Assembly: GCA_020891255.1 (NCBI GenBank)
Contig: BQFW01000010.1
Span: forward strand, 1,674,001-1,738,000
Direction: 5' to 3'
DNA: 64,000 bases
Source of the DNA: Entomortierella parvispora E1425
Lineage: Eukaryota > Fungi > Mortierellomycota
The notes under the pieces were generated by a model, which saw nothing but the letters and a program-made list of their open reading frames with translations, did not search any database and was not told where the DNA came from. This document shows, in pieces, positions 21,346-33,738 of this stretch. Position numbers and translations under genes: made by a program. Positions within the stretch are counted from its first letter, which is position 1. Every line of letters starts with the position of its first letter.

Positions 21346-24045
21346 ATGACACAACGACGCAGGACCACAGGGAAGACAAAGAGCAACGCGCTCTCGTCTG
21401 TGTGCGTCTGTGTGCGTCTGTGTCCCATGACACGTCTCGATGATGTATGTTCAAAGTCAGACAGCGGGTTGGTGGCGCAGTCTGTCTGTCTGTCTGTCTC
21501 TGTCGGTCGGTCTGCTGTATTCGTAACCCACTGGCCTCCTTCTTCGTGTGTTGATGTCAATACGTGTGGTCTACGTCCACACGCGCGGAAGGAAAAGGGG
21601 GAGGAGAAGAAAGGGATGGCTCATTTACCAGGGCATGATGGCGTACTACACCTTGTCGCGCTGTGCTCGCCCCTTCTCTCCCGGGCTGTCCCATCACCAG
21701 GTGCACGCGGCTCTCTGCCATCGGCATGCTCTGGGACCCCTCGCTTGGTTGTTGGCAAGGAGCGTGGTATCTACTGCCGAATGGTCTTATCCTTGCTCCC
21801 CTCTCTCCCCTGGAAAACACGCTTTCAAGCCAAATAGGGATCGGTCAAAGAGCTGCGACGAGAGAGCATCGGTTCGTGACTGATGTAGATGAGCGTCAAA
21901 TGAAGTCGAAAGAAGTTGAAAAAGGAATCAGGGACTGACTGAGTGGTGAACCCAACTGAGGGATGAAGGAGGGATTGAGCAAATGTTTGAAGGGGAGCAG
22001 CCTGGTCTGCACAAAGGGGACAGCCGTCAGACAGGATCGAGGGGTCACACAAAGGGCCACGGCACCCACTCCAAACAGTAGGTCAGTCGAGCCTTCCTGT
22101 TGTCTGTCGTGGCCTTCCTCAAAAAGGGTGCTCACAATGGCCATGCTCTTTGCGCCACCGCGGGAAAGACGGAATCATAGGGGGGTGAAAAACGTCCATC
22201 ATACACCAGACGGAGAGATTGTAGCTATTGCGCTGCCGCCAGCCCAGAAATCGGAGATGGGAGGAGACTGTCAGAGACAGGGCCTAGGGCAAGGACACCA
22301 AAAATGGACAATGCAGGAGGAACGAGCCCACTTTCTTTCGTCGGATACCCACAGGGGAAGCACATAGAGTAGACAAAGCACAGATTCAGGGAGAGAGAAG
22401 AGCCCAGCGCACCGAATCCAATAAAAGCAGGCTGTTATCCCTGGAGCCCAGAGTAAAAGCCCCGCCAAAAGAAAAAAAAAGTCGACTCCCTTCCATCTCT
22501 GTCGCTCCTCAGATTCCTGCTCCTCCAATTCAACCCCCATTCCTTTCTTGAGCCGACGTTGAATAGGTAATGAATGTTTCTTCAACCATTCGCTATCTCT
22601 CGACAGTTAACTTTTACTCCCTATCCCGGCGCACATGCAGCTGTGGTCAGATGTGGCGGCAAACTGCAGAGTTTGACACGTTCCTGCCACGTCAACAAAG
22701 ATGAAGCCTGTTTCTCCACAGTCCATCTAGCCTTGACTTGTTCATTTTCCGTCCCTACCTTTACAGTGAGGCTCCATCCTCACGGACACGATCCCTCGCT
22801 TTTTACTTGAAAAGGATGCTTTTGACCTCCTGTTGGTGGTCTACTACAAACCTTCATTAGAAATGGAGGGGAACCCTCTCTCCTGAATGACTCCTGCGAT
22901 TCTTCTTTGCCTCCTTGTTGCCTGAATCCAACTCACCCCTTCTCGTTGCGTTTGCATCCGTGGTTTGCCTCTTATCAGTCTGTAACTCAATCTGGGCGTG
23001 TCCTTCAGATCCAATATCGCCACTCTTTATTGTTTTTTTTACTGTTCAGAGTGCAATACGTTTCTGGTAAAAAAAAAAAAAAAAAAGTGTTTCTTCACAT
23101 TCTTTTCGGTAGTTTTGAAGTTGTGGGGCAAGCAGTGCTTTTTTGTTTTTGTATTAATAGAACCCGTGTTTGTTGCCTTCTACGCGTTCGATCGACCCTT
23201 CCATCGAAGACGCGTTGAGTGTCGGTGGGTTCTTTTTTTGGTGCTCTGGAAGAGTGAAAAGGTGAAAGAGTGAATGAGCAAAAAAGTGGCAAGGCGGGCT
23301 CCTCCAAGATGGTTCCCTTTTTGCATATTCGGTACTTGTGCTTGTTTGTCGCGGTAGCTCTCATACAGCGCTCATGTTCGTAAGAAGCAGCAGCTGATGG
23401 TGCGAATGAGAGTGTCGGGTTACGTGTTTAGAGAGGACAAGACCCAGCCCCGTCTTTAAATTATAGAGTGTCCCCCCCTTTATTGCTGGGCACCCATCCA
23501 TCCATCCGTCCATGCATGAGCAGGAGCACGGCCACAAGAATAAGCATGAGCCTGAGCACAGATCAAGGGTCGTCGCCAGGCAGGGAGACGCGACTGCATT
23601 AATGAGCTGGTGCGCTGGCCTCTGGCCTCTACCCCTTGGTCCCATCTCTCCATTCCGTTCACTCACACATCCGTTTGCTCGTTGATTCCATCGACACCAT
23701 TGACCTCATTAACTCGTTGGCCCCATTGGTCATCGTCCCTCGTTATTTTCCCATCATCTCTCATCACCATCAAAAGCTAGCCGCCTTTGATTCCTTGTTC
23801 GCATCGACCCTTTTTTTTTTTCCCTTACTCCCTTTCTCCTCAACCACAAAGATCTCGACCGCCTGTCCCCATCGCCACAGAACCACAATAACCGTCTTCA
23901 AACGGACTCCATCTCCATTCTTACGCCCTTTGCTTCCTTTCATTTCTCTTTCCACACAATCTAGGGACATTCCATTCACTCCCGCTTCTTCATTTTGCCT
24001 GGTCCTGCCTGTCCCTGCAAAAGACAGTGTACAGCGCCGCCCGCC

Positions 24046-27000
24046 ATGATGACTCCAATGCCCCACTCAATATCTAACCAGGCCGACAACATCAACAACG
24101 AAGGACCCGCAGCAAAAAAGAAGCCTACGTCCAAGTCATCTGTCGAACATCACATCGAGACCAAAGATGACGGTCTCATGGACTATGAAGTTGAGGTTCC
24201 AACTGCGGACGTGACTTCAACGATCGCGACTTCCTCTGTCTCTACATTTCAGCCTCAGCATCACCACGAGCCAGCTCAGCAGCAAACCGTGTCAATCTTT
24301 CCACCTGACTCTACCATGACAGAGGACGACCAAACCATGGAGCAAGATGACGTTGATAACGACAACGACATCGAGGACAGTCCATCCATGGTTGGCGACG
24401 GCGATGAACATGAGGCTGATGATGAAGAGGATGAATGCCCAGAACCTAGAGCTTCCTCTGCAACCCTTGGCCATAACCTTGGCTCTCAACCGATACTCCC
24501 GTCTCGCTCTCCAGCACCAGAAAGCAAAGCTCACTTGGTTGTTGATACTTCTGTGGTGAACATCCACTCAAGCACTCCCGATCGTTCAACCTCCTCAATG
24601 ACTTCAACCACACCCACAACCACCCCCTTCACTCCTGACACTGGATCCACACCAAGCACTGCCACTGGAACAACAGCCCCGTCCTCTCGACGTTCCTCTC
24701 TGCGCACTGCAACGGCGACCCTCCCTCGCTCTGCACTCCAGGAAGAGACCATCAACTTGTTCAAGCAGTTCCGCAACTTGATCCCCTGTGCAAAGTGTTT
24801 CTGTCGAAATACAATTCAGCGCGATGGCATGTCTGGTAAGTTAGGATCTTGTGCCCAAACAAACAACGCGTCTCCTTGTTACACAGTTTCTCTAACCAAT
24901 CCACTTCTTTAACGGATAGATGGAAACCTTCGCTTCAAGTGCAGACCCCCGGTGTCAATGAGCCTCATTTGTAACAAGTCCTATTCAGAGTCCAAGATCC
25001 GCAATATGATCGCGGGTGTCGTCTACGGTCACTCTCTTCCAGACTCTGGTACACCTACATCTGCATCATCCGGCAGCCCCTCTTCCGCCAATGTTTTGGC
25101 AATGGCTCCTCCCCCATCTCTTAAGGGCAGTCGAAGACCATCTCACAAACTTGGGGATGGCAATACTTTAGGCCGGCTTAAGGAGGAACAGGCACTGGAT
25201 TCAAACCAGGAGGACGGATACGATGAGATGAACCTAAACGCTGACCATCGCAATTCCTTTCGTGCTATCCGCCGTCGACCCTCTTCGATGAACGGGGAAG
25301 ACTCTCCTAATGTGGATTACGACGGCGCAGCCATGCCTCCACCACCCCATCCCGGCCAAGGCCAAGAGTCGGGTGCCCATCAGGACAGAGAAGATGCTCG
25401 TCATTATCGCCCTCCCGGACCATACGCGATGGCAAAGCATGGGCAAAAGCTGCACTATTCTCAATCTCACCCAAACATTGGACAGCAGCGACGCCAACAC
25501 AGTCTTGAACAACATCAGCACCAGAATCAGTTCTATCATAGCCAACAACAACAGCAACAACGGCATTTCCAGCGCCAGGTTCTGCGACGGGAATCTACTC
25601 AACCTCAAAGCATGGTCCACAGACCAGAACTGGAACGTCGATTCTCGCACCCAGCTGCATTGCAATCTCATGGACAGGGAGGTCGTTACCTACCAGTGAG
25701 CCAATCAGGCGACCCTCTTTCTCCCGCTCTCTCTTCTTCTTCCAGATCCTCTCCTGGGCGTGAGTCGCAACAAGGGCCTTCAGGCTCACAGAGCCAAGGC
25801 GCCGACCAATCGACTACGCCGGTTCTTCGTGCATTGCCTGCTGGGCGATATGACGAACAAAACACCTCCTCTCCCTTTTACCAACGCCGTATGAGCCAGC
25901 CAGTCCCTATCTCCCACCGTTCTTATGGCCCATTGCCGCCCTCTGGCATGTCCTCTTCACATTTTTACGATCGACGACAAAGTGAGGCAGATGAATATAA
26001 CCAACAGCATCGTGAAAAGTACGAGCGCTTGAATGCGAGCACCTTTCACTCCTCAGGCTCAAGCTCGACGCGCTACCACCAAAAGGTCAAGCCACAGGAG
26101 CGATCTCCTCTGATTCCACATTCTGCCCTCCCATCTTCGAGGTCGCCTCACCCACTCGATCACCCCTCTGACCGCACGTCGCCTAGACAGCAGGACTCTC
26201 ACCCAGCCACTTTCAAGTCCTTGGATGTCAAGGGACTCCAGTCTGAACCCATGCGGTTTTCACACTCCATGCCTGCAAGCAGTGGTGCCGGCGGTCCCAG
26301 ACACGCTTACCAAACCTCGCAAGACCAACGCTCCTCAATCCATTACCAGCTTCCTCGACGAGGGGATGGTGTAGTTGCTCCAGACCAAGATCCCTCTCTC
26401 ATGGGCTTTGAGAACAGTAAGATGTCTACTCCTGAGCTGCATGCAGTGCTCTAACGAACAAAACGATGCAGGTTTCTAACACACTTCATTATTTATTTTT
26501 AGGATCAAACGCTCGCCCTGGATTCCACAGATCCGATCAAGGACCTTTTGGTCGCGTCGGTGACAGCCTTGTTCATGTGGGATCTCAAGACCTCAACTCA
26601 GTCATGCCGAGAAACACCATCAAGTTGACTTGCTTCCCAAGCACGACCTCCTCTTCTGCTCTTCCCCCCACCCGAAGCATGAACACATCAGATGCCCTGG
26701 CGATGCAGCTGAGTAAGAGCTCCAAGGTCGTGATCGAGATCACTCAACCTCGTTCCCTTCAGTCTTACCGTACTCCAACAACCAAGGATGATGACCCAAG
26801 AGACCCAGGATCGTTCCCTCGCCCTCTCCGACACACAGTCTCCCAACCGAACATGCAACTCCAACGGTCTGGAACCTCGATTCTGGGATCTCGCACCCGT
26901 CGGTCCGTTTCTCCCGATAGTATGAGTTTTGGATCCTCCAAGAAGCGTCGCGCCGATTCGCTGTCTGGCGTTCGTGATGACATGGATAGCGACGAGGCTG

Positions 27001-27704
27001 CAGACTCCAAGAGTGCAGAGACGGGACCTAATGTGGCGTCCGCTCAAGCTGCTGCTGCCGCTGTGATTGCCGCCGCTGCCAATGCAACTGCCTCAGCAGA
27101 TGCGGATGCAGGACTCCAGGTTGTTGGACTAAACTATGTCAGTCCAAGCAAAGAGCAGTCCAGTAGCAAGTACCTCCAAGTACCAGGTCTGACAACCACT
27201 GGTGCCGACTCTCCTACTCTTGAGGCTCTTCAGGTGGCTCGGGCATCCTCATATGTTTTGCTGGAAGACCAGAAGGAGCTTGGGATCGACTATTCGGCCT
27301 TTACTAGGGTTGAGACGGCAGGATGGCGCATCTTGATCCCACCGACTGTTGTTGCGTCTTTTCGATCCGAAGATTTTGGCCTGATGTTGAAGCCAAAGTC
27401 TGCGAGTGATATCGATCAGGTCATGAACTCAACTGCTGACGAGCCTGCAAAGGAGATGTCTGCGAGTGATATCGATCAGGTCATGAACTCAACTGCTGAC
27501 GAGCCTGCAAAGGAGATCGCGATGGCTGAGCAGCAAGAAACTGGTGAGGCGGTCCAGACCCAAGACGAAAAACTTGGTGAGGTCAAAATTGGACAGGAAG
27601 AAACCTCTCGCCCATCTGGCCAACAGCACTCGATGGAGGTCGAGTCCCAATCTCCTGATGTAAAAGTTGACGAAGAGGAGATGGACGAACTCGAGGAGGA
27701 CTAG
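24046..27704 (+). CDS. Large intrinsically disordered protein with a central C4 zinc ribbon and a short ordered C-terminal segment (3 exons; introns 24836-24919 and ~26417-26502)
   Basis: Splicing gives IPCAKCFCRNTIQRDGMSDGNLRFKCRPPVSMSLICNKSYSESKIRNMI. The rest is S/P/Q/H-rich; the C-terminal ordered segment is LGIDYSAFTRVETAGWRILIPPTVVASFRSEDFGLMLKPK. Confidence 0.8.
27398..27517 (+). repeat. Perfect in-frame 60-bp tandem duplication inside the CDS
   Basis: 27398-27457 is identical to 27458-27517 and encodes SASDIDQVMNSTADEPAKE(M/I) twice. Confidence 0.97.
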
Positions 27705-28372
27705 ACATTCCCCAGCCAGCCAGCCCCGGAAGAGCCTCATCGCGCATTGTCATCTTTTTCTCCTTTGCCATGTTGCTTCGGTTGCAATTGCATCAAACGA
27801 ACGCGCGGATCAAATCCCTTTTGCTTCCCTTTGTTAATGTCCATGTCCATCGTCCTCAATAATCAATTTTATATATTGTTCTTCAAATGCCATGTTTATC
27901 TTCTTACCCCCCATTCCCCCCTTCACCCTTCCTTCCCTCCCGCCCGCCTTCCTCCCCTCGCGACCTCTACCACCTCCAAGATGTCTGTAACAGGTCTTCT
28001 TCTTCGCTGTATGTATTATCCTCCTGCACACTCACACACCGCCTCTCCTCGCCATTTGTCCCATCTCATCATTGCCGCCATGATTCCCTCACGCGTCTCT
28101 TGGGTGGTCCCTTCCAACTTTTGCATGTCTTTCCCCCATCCCGAATTCTGTTTTCATTTCATTCATTGCTTTCTGCCGTTTCTATGTAACCCTTCCACCC
28201 CACCCCAACCCAACCCAGCTCACCCAATGTGGCACCTAGCATTCTCATGCATTTTCATTTCTATTCAGTTCACCATTCTCTCACTCTTTCCATTCACGTT
28301 TTGTTGATTGTTTTATTCTTTCATAGTTTTAGAGATTTTTTTTTATTTCATTTATTTGCGTAATAAACGTGG

Positions 28373-31048
28373 TCAATTCTCTGAGAATGCAACCCCACTT
28401 TGGAGAGCAGAGGCAGCAGGAGCAGGAGGTACCGCTACGGTCGCGAAATGCTTATCCAGTATCTGCTGGACAGGCGATAAACGGCTTTTGTAAGGTCCTA
28501 AATCTTGGCTCAGGAAACGATCGAAGGCCTTCTTGAGTGGGTCATAGCCGATTCCGGGAGTTGCAACGAGGACGGACACCATCCTCACCACCTCATCCTC
28601 ATCGCGCGTCCGGGGTGCAGATCCATCCACATCCATGTCATTTTCTGTTTTGACAACAGCTGTATCCTGCTCCGCTTTGATCGCAGGTGCTGATACTGGC
28701 GCTGGTGTAGGTGACGCCTCTGACTGGCCTGAGAGAGATCCAACAACGAGTGATCGAAGGAGCCATTGAAAATATTGGATTTGCAGGAGCAAAACCGTAC
28801 CAGAGAGTGCATCTGCAATCCAGTTATCCAATGCTCCTGCTTGGTTGACCCTCGTTAAGTTTTGAAGAATCATCATCAAGACGCGGAAAGGTGCTTGACA
28901 GCCCATTCGCTTCAACTCTGCTTCCTTGGCTCGCTGCAATTCTTCCAGGTCCAAGTCTTCCTTTTCATCTTCTGTTTCTGGCACTCGGAGAGTCGCTACT
29001 GGTTGAACCTTGGTAGGTGCTTGTTTCTTTTTGCCACCCCCTGCTGCAGACATCCGTCGCGCCTGTCCCTGTCCAAGTCCTAGACCTCCTTGACCCTGGC
29101 CCTGTCCTTGAGGATGACCATGGCCATAAGCTTGACCCTGCCCATGTATCTGTGGTCGCTGCTCTCTGTCCCTGTCCTTGTGACCCTTCTTCTTCTTGTT
29201 TTTCTTTTTGTACTCGATAATGGGATCCGGATTCTCATCTTCGCGGACTGCAGGGAGAGCGGTCTCGAGTCCTAACAGTAATAGGCCTTCTTGCGTGGCC
29301 GTGTCGTCTGCAGAGGGTCCGGTTTCCTTGACTGCTAACTCCTCTGGGCTCAAGTAAAGGACGCCCTGCGCTCGACCCGTGACTCGTTTTGGTGTAAACA
29401 TGGCCAAGATAGCGTAGAAGGGACTCACTCGTCGGTTATAGAGATTGCGGCGCTTTTTCACTTTGGATCCACCAAAAGCGGCGGAAACAGGGGCTGCGGT
29501 AGAGAGAGAATGCTGGTCTTTGATCTCGCCGTCCAGTTGATCCCATGCGGAGGGGTCCATGGGCTCCACCCACCTTTTCGATCCTGGCTCTAAATACGTT
29601 GAACCATCCTCGGGCTTGATGACAAGGCTCACAAGGGCCGACATGATAGTCTCCACTACCTTTTCTCCAGGAGTTTTGGTCCTGTCTTCGTGGGTGGTAA
29701 GGGCCAGGTCTGTCCATGAAAAGGCTGCATCGTCTTCTCGATCGGCTTGGTCGCTTCCAGACATTACTTCCAGGCACATGTACTCGATCAAGATTAAATC
29801 CAGCAAGAATTTTTGGTCGCTCGGATAAACGGCCTTGATCAGCGCCGTCAGGTTCTCAGAAAACGCGGCTCCATTGACATGTGCAATCAGGGCGAACCAG
29901 CGCCGGAGTTCCACATCAATCTGGTTGACATACTTGGTGGGCCATTGCGGCATGTAATTTTGTCCCAGTGTTGGAGACCATAGTGGGTTGCTGACCTTGA
30001 TCTTTGCGTTTTGGGCGGTTGTTGACAGTGTTGAGTTGGAACCTGCGTTGGCGGCAGAACTGGCAATGAGGGCTCCTGATTGCGCCTGTTCTACGAGTTG
30101 AGCTGTTGTCCGTAATGTCCCTGGTGCACTTGGCTGATCCTTTGGCATGGAGACTCCTGAGCCTATTACTGGCGTTGTTGACGTTGCTCCTGATCTCTTG
30201 ACGCCCGTGTTGGCGCCTGCGCGGGAGTGAGCCTTTACGTCCGCTGCAACCTCTTGCTCGTATAAAGAGCTCAGCTTGGGCAGTGTCGCTTCTATATCAA
30301 GGGACACCTCCATGGCCACAAATGCCTCTTCCAAATCCAGTGCCATTTGGTGATATGATTCCTCCCCTTCCACGATTTGTTTCGTTGAATTAAAGGCCTT
30401 TAGGTACCGCCTACAACCGATCAGGGTCTGCATTAGGGCATACACTGCCTTCTTGGCGGGTTCCGAGTGAGAGCAGAGCTCATAGTCAATGGCTTCCAGC
30501 AGATCCCGAGGCATCTCTCTCTCAAATCCAACGAGTCGCCCATGTTCCTGAAAGGTTTCGAGAAATGAAAGAACAAAAATTTCAGGGCAGGAGGCTTTGA
30601 GGAGCCGGATCTGCCAGCATTGCTCCATCGAGTCTGTGTCTGCATCGGGGTCTGATGGAGGGTTCTTTCGTTTCCGTTGAGGGCTTGCATTCTTGTATTT
30701 TTGCTTCAGGATCGCGTATAAGCGCCAGAGTAAAGGGGTATCGGTCGCCTCGTCAGGTGAATTGTCCATGTTCTCGAGAGCTCGGGATCGTTGTTGTTGG
30801 ATCACGGCAAGAATCCTTGGAATACCGCTTGGAAAGATGAGGGAACCGGGTGCAGGCACCGAAGCCACATCCATGGCAAATCCCTGGTTGTGACAGCTGG
30901 CGCCGAGTTGGTACCAAATGGACCTCGGGATCAGGTCCAAGGAATGATTGGCGGCATCTTGGATGCCAGCCAGCGTTGGCGTTTGTAGTGGATCTCGAAG
31001 ACTGCGGAGACCAGGGTCGATGCCGCTTGGTTCATGCTTTAAGGACAT
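28373..31048 (-). CDS. Hypothetical protein (~890 aa) with alpha-helical blocks separated by low-complexity linkers and a basic NLS-like stretch
   Basis: Long uninterrupted ORF 28373-31111; likely start MSLKHE at 31048; KKKNKKKKGHK; no family motif recognised. Confidence 0.75.
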   Translation of the reverse strand: MSLKHEPSGIDPGLRSLRDPLQTPTLAGIQDAANHSLDLIPRSIWYQLGASCHNQGFAMDVASVPAPGSLIFPSGIPRILAVIQQQRSRALENMDNSPDEATDTPLLWRLYAILKQKYKNASPQRKRKNPPSDPDADTDSMEQCWQIRLLKASCPEIFVLSFLETFQEHGRLVGFEREMPRDLLEAIDYELCSHSEPAKKAVYALMQTLIGCRRYLKAFNSTKQIVEGEESYHQMALDLEEAFVAMEVSLDIEATLPKLSSLYEQEVAADVKAHSRAGANTGVKRSGATSTTPVIGSGVSMPKDQPSAPGTLRTTAQLVEQAQSGALIASSAANAGSNSTLSTTAQNAKIKVSNPLWSPTLGQNYMPQWPTKYVNQIDVELRRWFALIAHVNGAAFSENLTALIKAVYPSDQKFLLDLILIEYMCLEVMSGSDQADREDDAAFSWTDLALTTHEDRTKTPGEKVVETIMSALVSLVIKPEDGSTYLEPGSKRWVEPMDPSAWDQLDGEIKDQHSLSTAAPVSAAFGGSKVKKRRNLYNRRVSPFYAILAMFTPKRVTGRAQGVLYLSPEELAVKETGPSADDTATQEGLLLLGLETALPAVREDENPDPIIEYKKKNKKKKGHKDRDREQRPQIHGQGQAYGHGHPQGQGQGQGGLGLGQGQARRMSAAGGGKKKQAPTKVQPVATLRVPETEDEKEDLDLEELQRAKEAELKRMGCQAPFRVLMMILQNLTRVNQAGALDNWIADALSGTVLLLQIQYFQWLLRSLVVGSLSGQSEASPTPAPVSAPAIKAEQDTAVVKTENDMDVDGSAPRTRDEDEVVRMVSVLVATPGIGYDPLKKAFDRFLSQDLGPYKSRLSPVQQILDKHFATVAVPPAPAASALQSGVAFSEN

Positions 31049-31458
31049 GGTATATATAAGAAAGGTACTCTTTTTCTGAGGTATATCTAAGATGGATGAG
31101 AATATTCCCAAAAGAAAGAAGGAGAAAAGAAGAAGGACGCGTTTTTGCCATCAGCCAAATTGCACTCAACACACGACAGGGATGAGATGAAGGGGCAGTT
31201 TTCTTTACAGGTGGAGAGACACAGCAGGGGCAGCAGTCAAAACAGGCAGTCTAGAGTGCTCAGGATTCTTCAAAAGATTCAAAAGAGGAGCGCAATGCAT
31301 GCATCAATCACGACATGCAACAAGAGAGAAAGAGGGATTGATTCCTGAATGCCGCCTTCAGTTTTCAGTGCTCGGCACGTGACTGATACGCCACCATTCG
31401 GTTTTTTTATTCTTCTTTTCGCTGTCTTTGATCCCTCTCATGCAACGCGACAATCCTC

Positions 31459-33601
31459 ATGACCGACAGCCGATTCGCCTCCTCATTCAGGGGCACTGCC
31501 CAGACATATGCCCATGAGGACAGGATTCTCTCTCAGGAGCAGCAGCAAAGGGACCATGTCGCACGCCAGTCTAGAAAGCTCATTCATCTACTCCAGTCCA
31601 TGAACTGTCCACAGGATATGTATTCTGCAGACGAGCTGGAGCGCGCCCTTCTAGACCAGTACCAACTGGAGGGCGAAAACGCCCACTACCTCGGGGAACA
31701 GAGACTCGCTTCTCCATCCAGTCAGTTTCTGGACTGGTTGCTCCAAAACGTGAACACGACGACCAATTGGCCAGACCATAGGAAAAATGACCGCTTGTGG
31801 GATTCCAGAGAGGGAGAGGACATGGCATTGGAGAACAAGGATGCTGGAGATGATGAGGAGAGTATATTTGAAGAAGAAATGCGTTCTCTGGATCAAGAGC
31901 ACCTACAGCTACAGTAAGCCCAACTACATTACGGCTAATAATGTCAAAGACGGCTATTCAGCACCAGGCGTTTAACCTATTCCTCCTCAACCGACATGTA
32001 GACAAACTCTTGCCGCGATGGAAAAGGAAATGGCGGATCTCAAGGCCTTGGAAAGTTATACCAGAGATCAAGAAAGGGCTCTAGACTTGGATCTCCATGA
32101 CATATCAATCCAGTTTGATGCAATGTTGCGGACTCTTGAGGAAGGAGCGCAAAAGTCGACGGCGGAATTCCTACCTTCCACCATTTCTGGATCTGGATCT
32201 GTGGCAGGGTTAAATATATTCCATCACTCACAGAGGGGCACACAGTCTTCTTCTTCTCGATCTTTCCCGGCAAATCAGGACACTGCTAAGGGTTATCTTT
32301 ACTTACAGCTGGAGACCCTGCAAGAACTTCAGCAGATGGACAAGGCGTTCGCAGATCAAATGGACTCGTATTACGACCAAATTATGAGTAATATCGAATG
32401 TCGCGACACATCCTCGACTACCGGCCATACAGCCGCCTTTTCTTCTCTTCCGCTTGCCAGTCGTTTCGAGCAATTGCTGAAACGAAATCCTGCTGAGGAC
32501 AAGGAGTTAGTTCGACTCTGCTCGATCTACCGTGCGACCAAGATGAGCCATATCAGAGCCACAGCGCAACTCAAGTGCCTAGAGCAGGAGCTGGACTTCA
32601 TGCAGGCGCTCTATACCCAAAAAGAAGTGGGGGATGCTCGAGAACAGGCTGCTGCAGATCAAGACATGACCACCGAATATGTCGTGTCCGTTGCGAATTC
32701 CAAGATGAAACTTCAGCGTTCCAAACAACAACATGAGCTCGAGATGATATCCGTGCAGCGCGAAATATCTCGACTGGAAGGAGAAATGGAACAGGTTTTG
32801 TCAGATCCAGACCCACCAGCAGTCAGGACACCAACGAAGCGAGATCCGAGGATAGACTTGATGGGGGATGTTCATGGGAGAGATCAGGATGAGGGAGGAG
32901 AGCCCAGGGACGAGGATGAGCGTAGAGGGGTTCTTGTGGACGTATGTGAACGCATCGCACGCACAGATTTGGAACTTCGATTCGTATCTGCGGCCCATAG
33001 GGATTATATCGAAACTCAAAAGAGAGCCCTGCTGGATCTGGATCAATCTCTGGATCGGTTGCTGGAATACTACTGCTCTGGTGTGTTGATGGAGCAAATC
33101 CTAGAAAAGGAACGAGACGCGATGAAGACACAAAAGGATCTACTATGGGCAGCCATTCAAGAATGTCAGGATCATCAAAGGCAGTCCAACAAATTGCGGA
33201 CAGAACTCTCCCGAGCTCAGAACGGAACACAAGAGAGCCTGCAATCATCGTCCACTTTTTCGCCTTCGAGGAGCACATTGGACAAGGACAGGATGACCCT
33301 ATCGCAACAAAGAGAGTCGGACGAATTCCTGGGCTTGGTCAAACGCAACGAAGATATACAGGAGCGTATCTCGGATGAGAGATGGACCATGGTTCATACA
33401 CACATTGGAGAGGTCTCGTCAGTCGTGGAGGATCTTAACCAGAGATTATTGCATCAATATTCTAGCACGGAGGAAGTGCAGTTTGTTCCGAGAGAGGTCT
33501 ACGATGCAAAAAGATCTCTCGAAAGCCGGTCTATACAGCTAAAGCAGGAGTATCTGGCCCTCAGCAAGCAGATAGAGAAGTTGCTAGGAAGGCAGCAATG
33601 A
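31459..33601 (+). CDS. HAUS3: HAUS augmin-like complex subunit 3 (2 exons; intron ~31914-32000)
   Basis: SQFLDWLLQNVN resembles HAUS3 FLKWFCGNVN; KELVRLCSIY; DLELRFVSAAHRDYIETQKRALLDL resembles HAUS3 DFDLQIAKQDYYTARQELVLNQL; coiled-coil composition. Reference motifs are recalled, not searched. Confidence 0.7.
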
Positions 33602-33738
33602 TAATAAAAGTTCCATGCCATAGACACGTGATCACGGGTCGTTTCTGCCTTGAGCCTTCTGCTCTTCCTTTTTTTTTTTTGCCAGGGCAAACTCGCTCAG
33701 CATCCTTTCAACTACAATTTGATTCCAGGACATTTAGC

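Noticed and set aside
1405-33630. CACGTG E-boxes in short promoters (1405, 31376, 33625)
   Set aside because: A 6-mer palindrome is expected many times in 64 kb; no enrichment can be shown without a genome-wide test.
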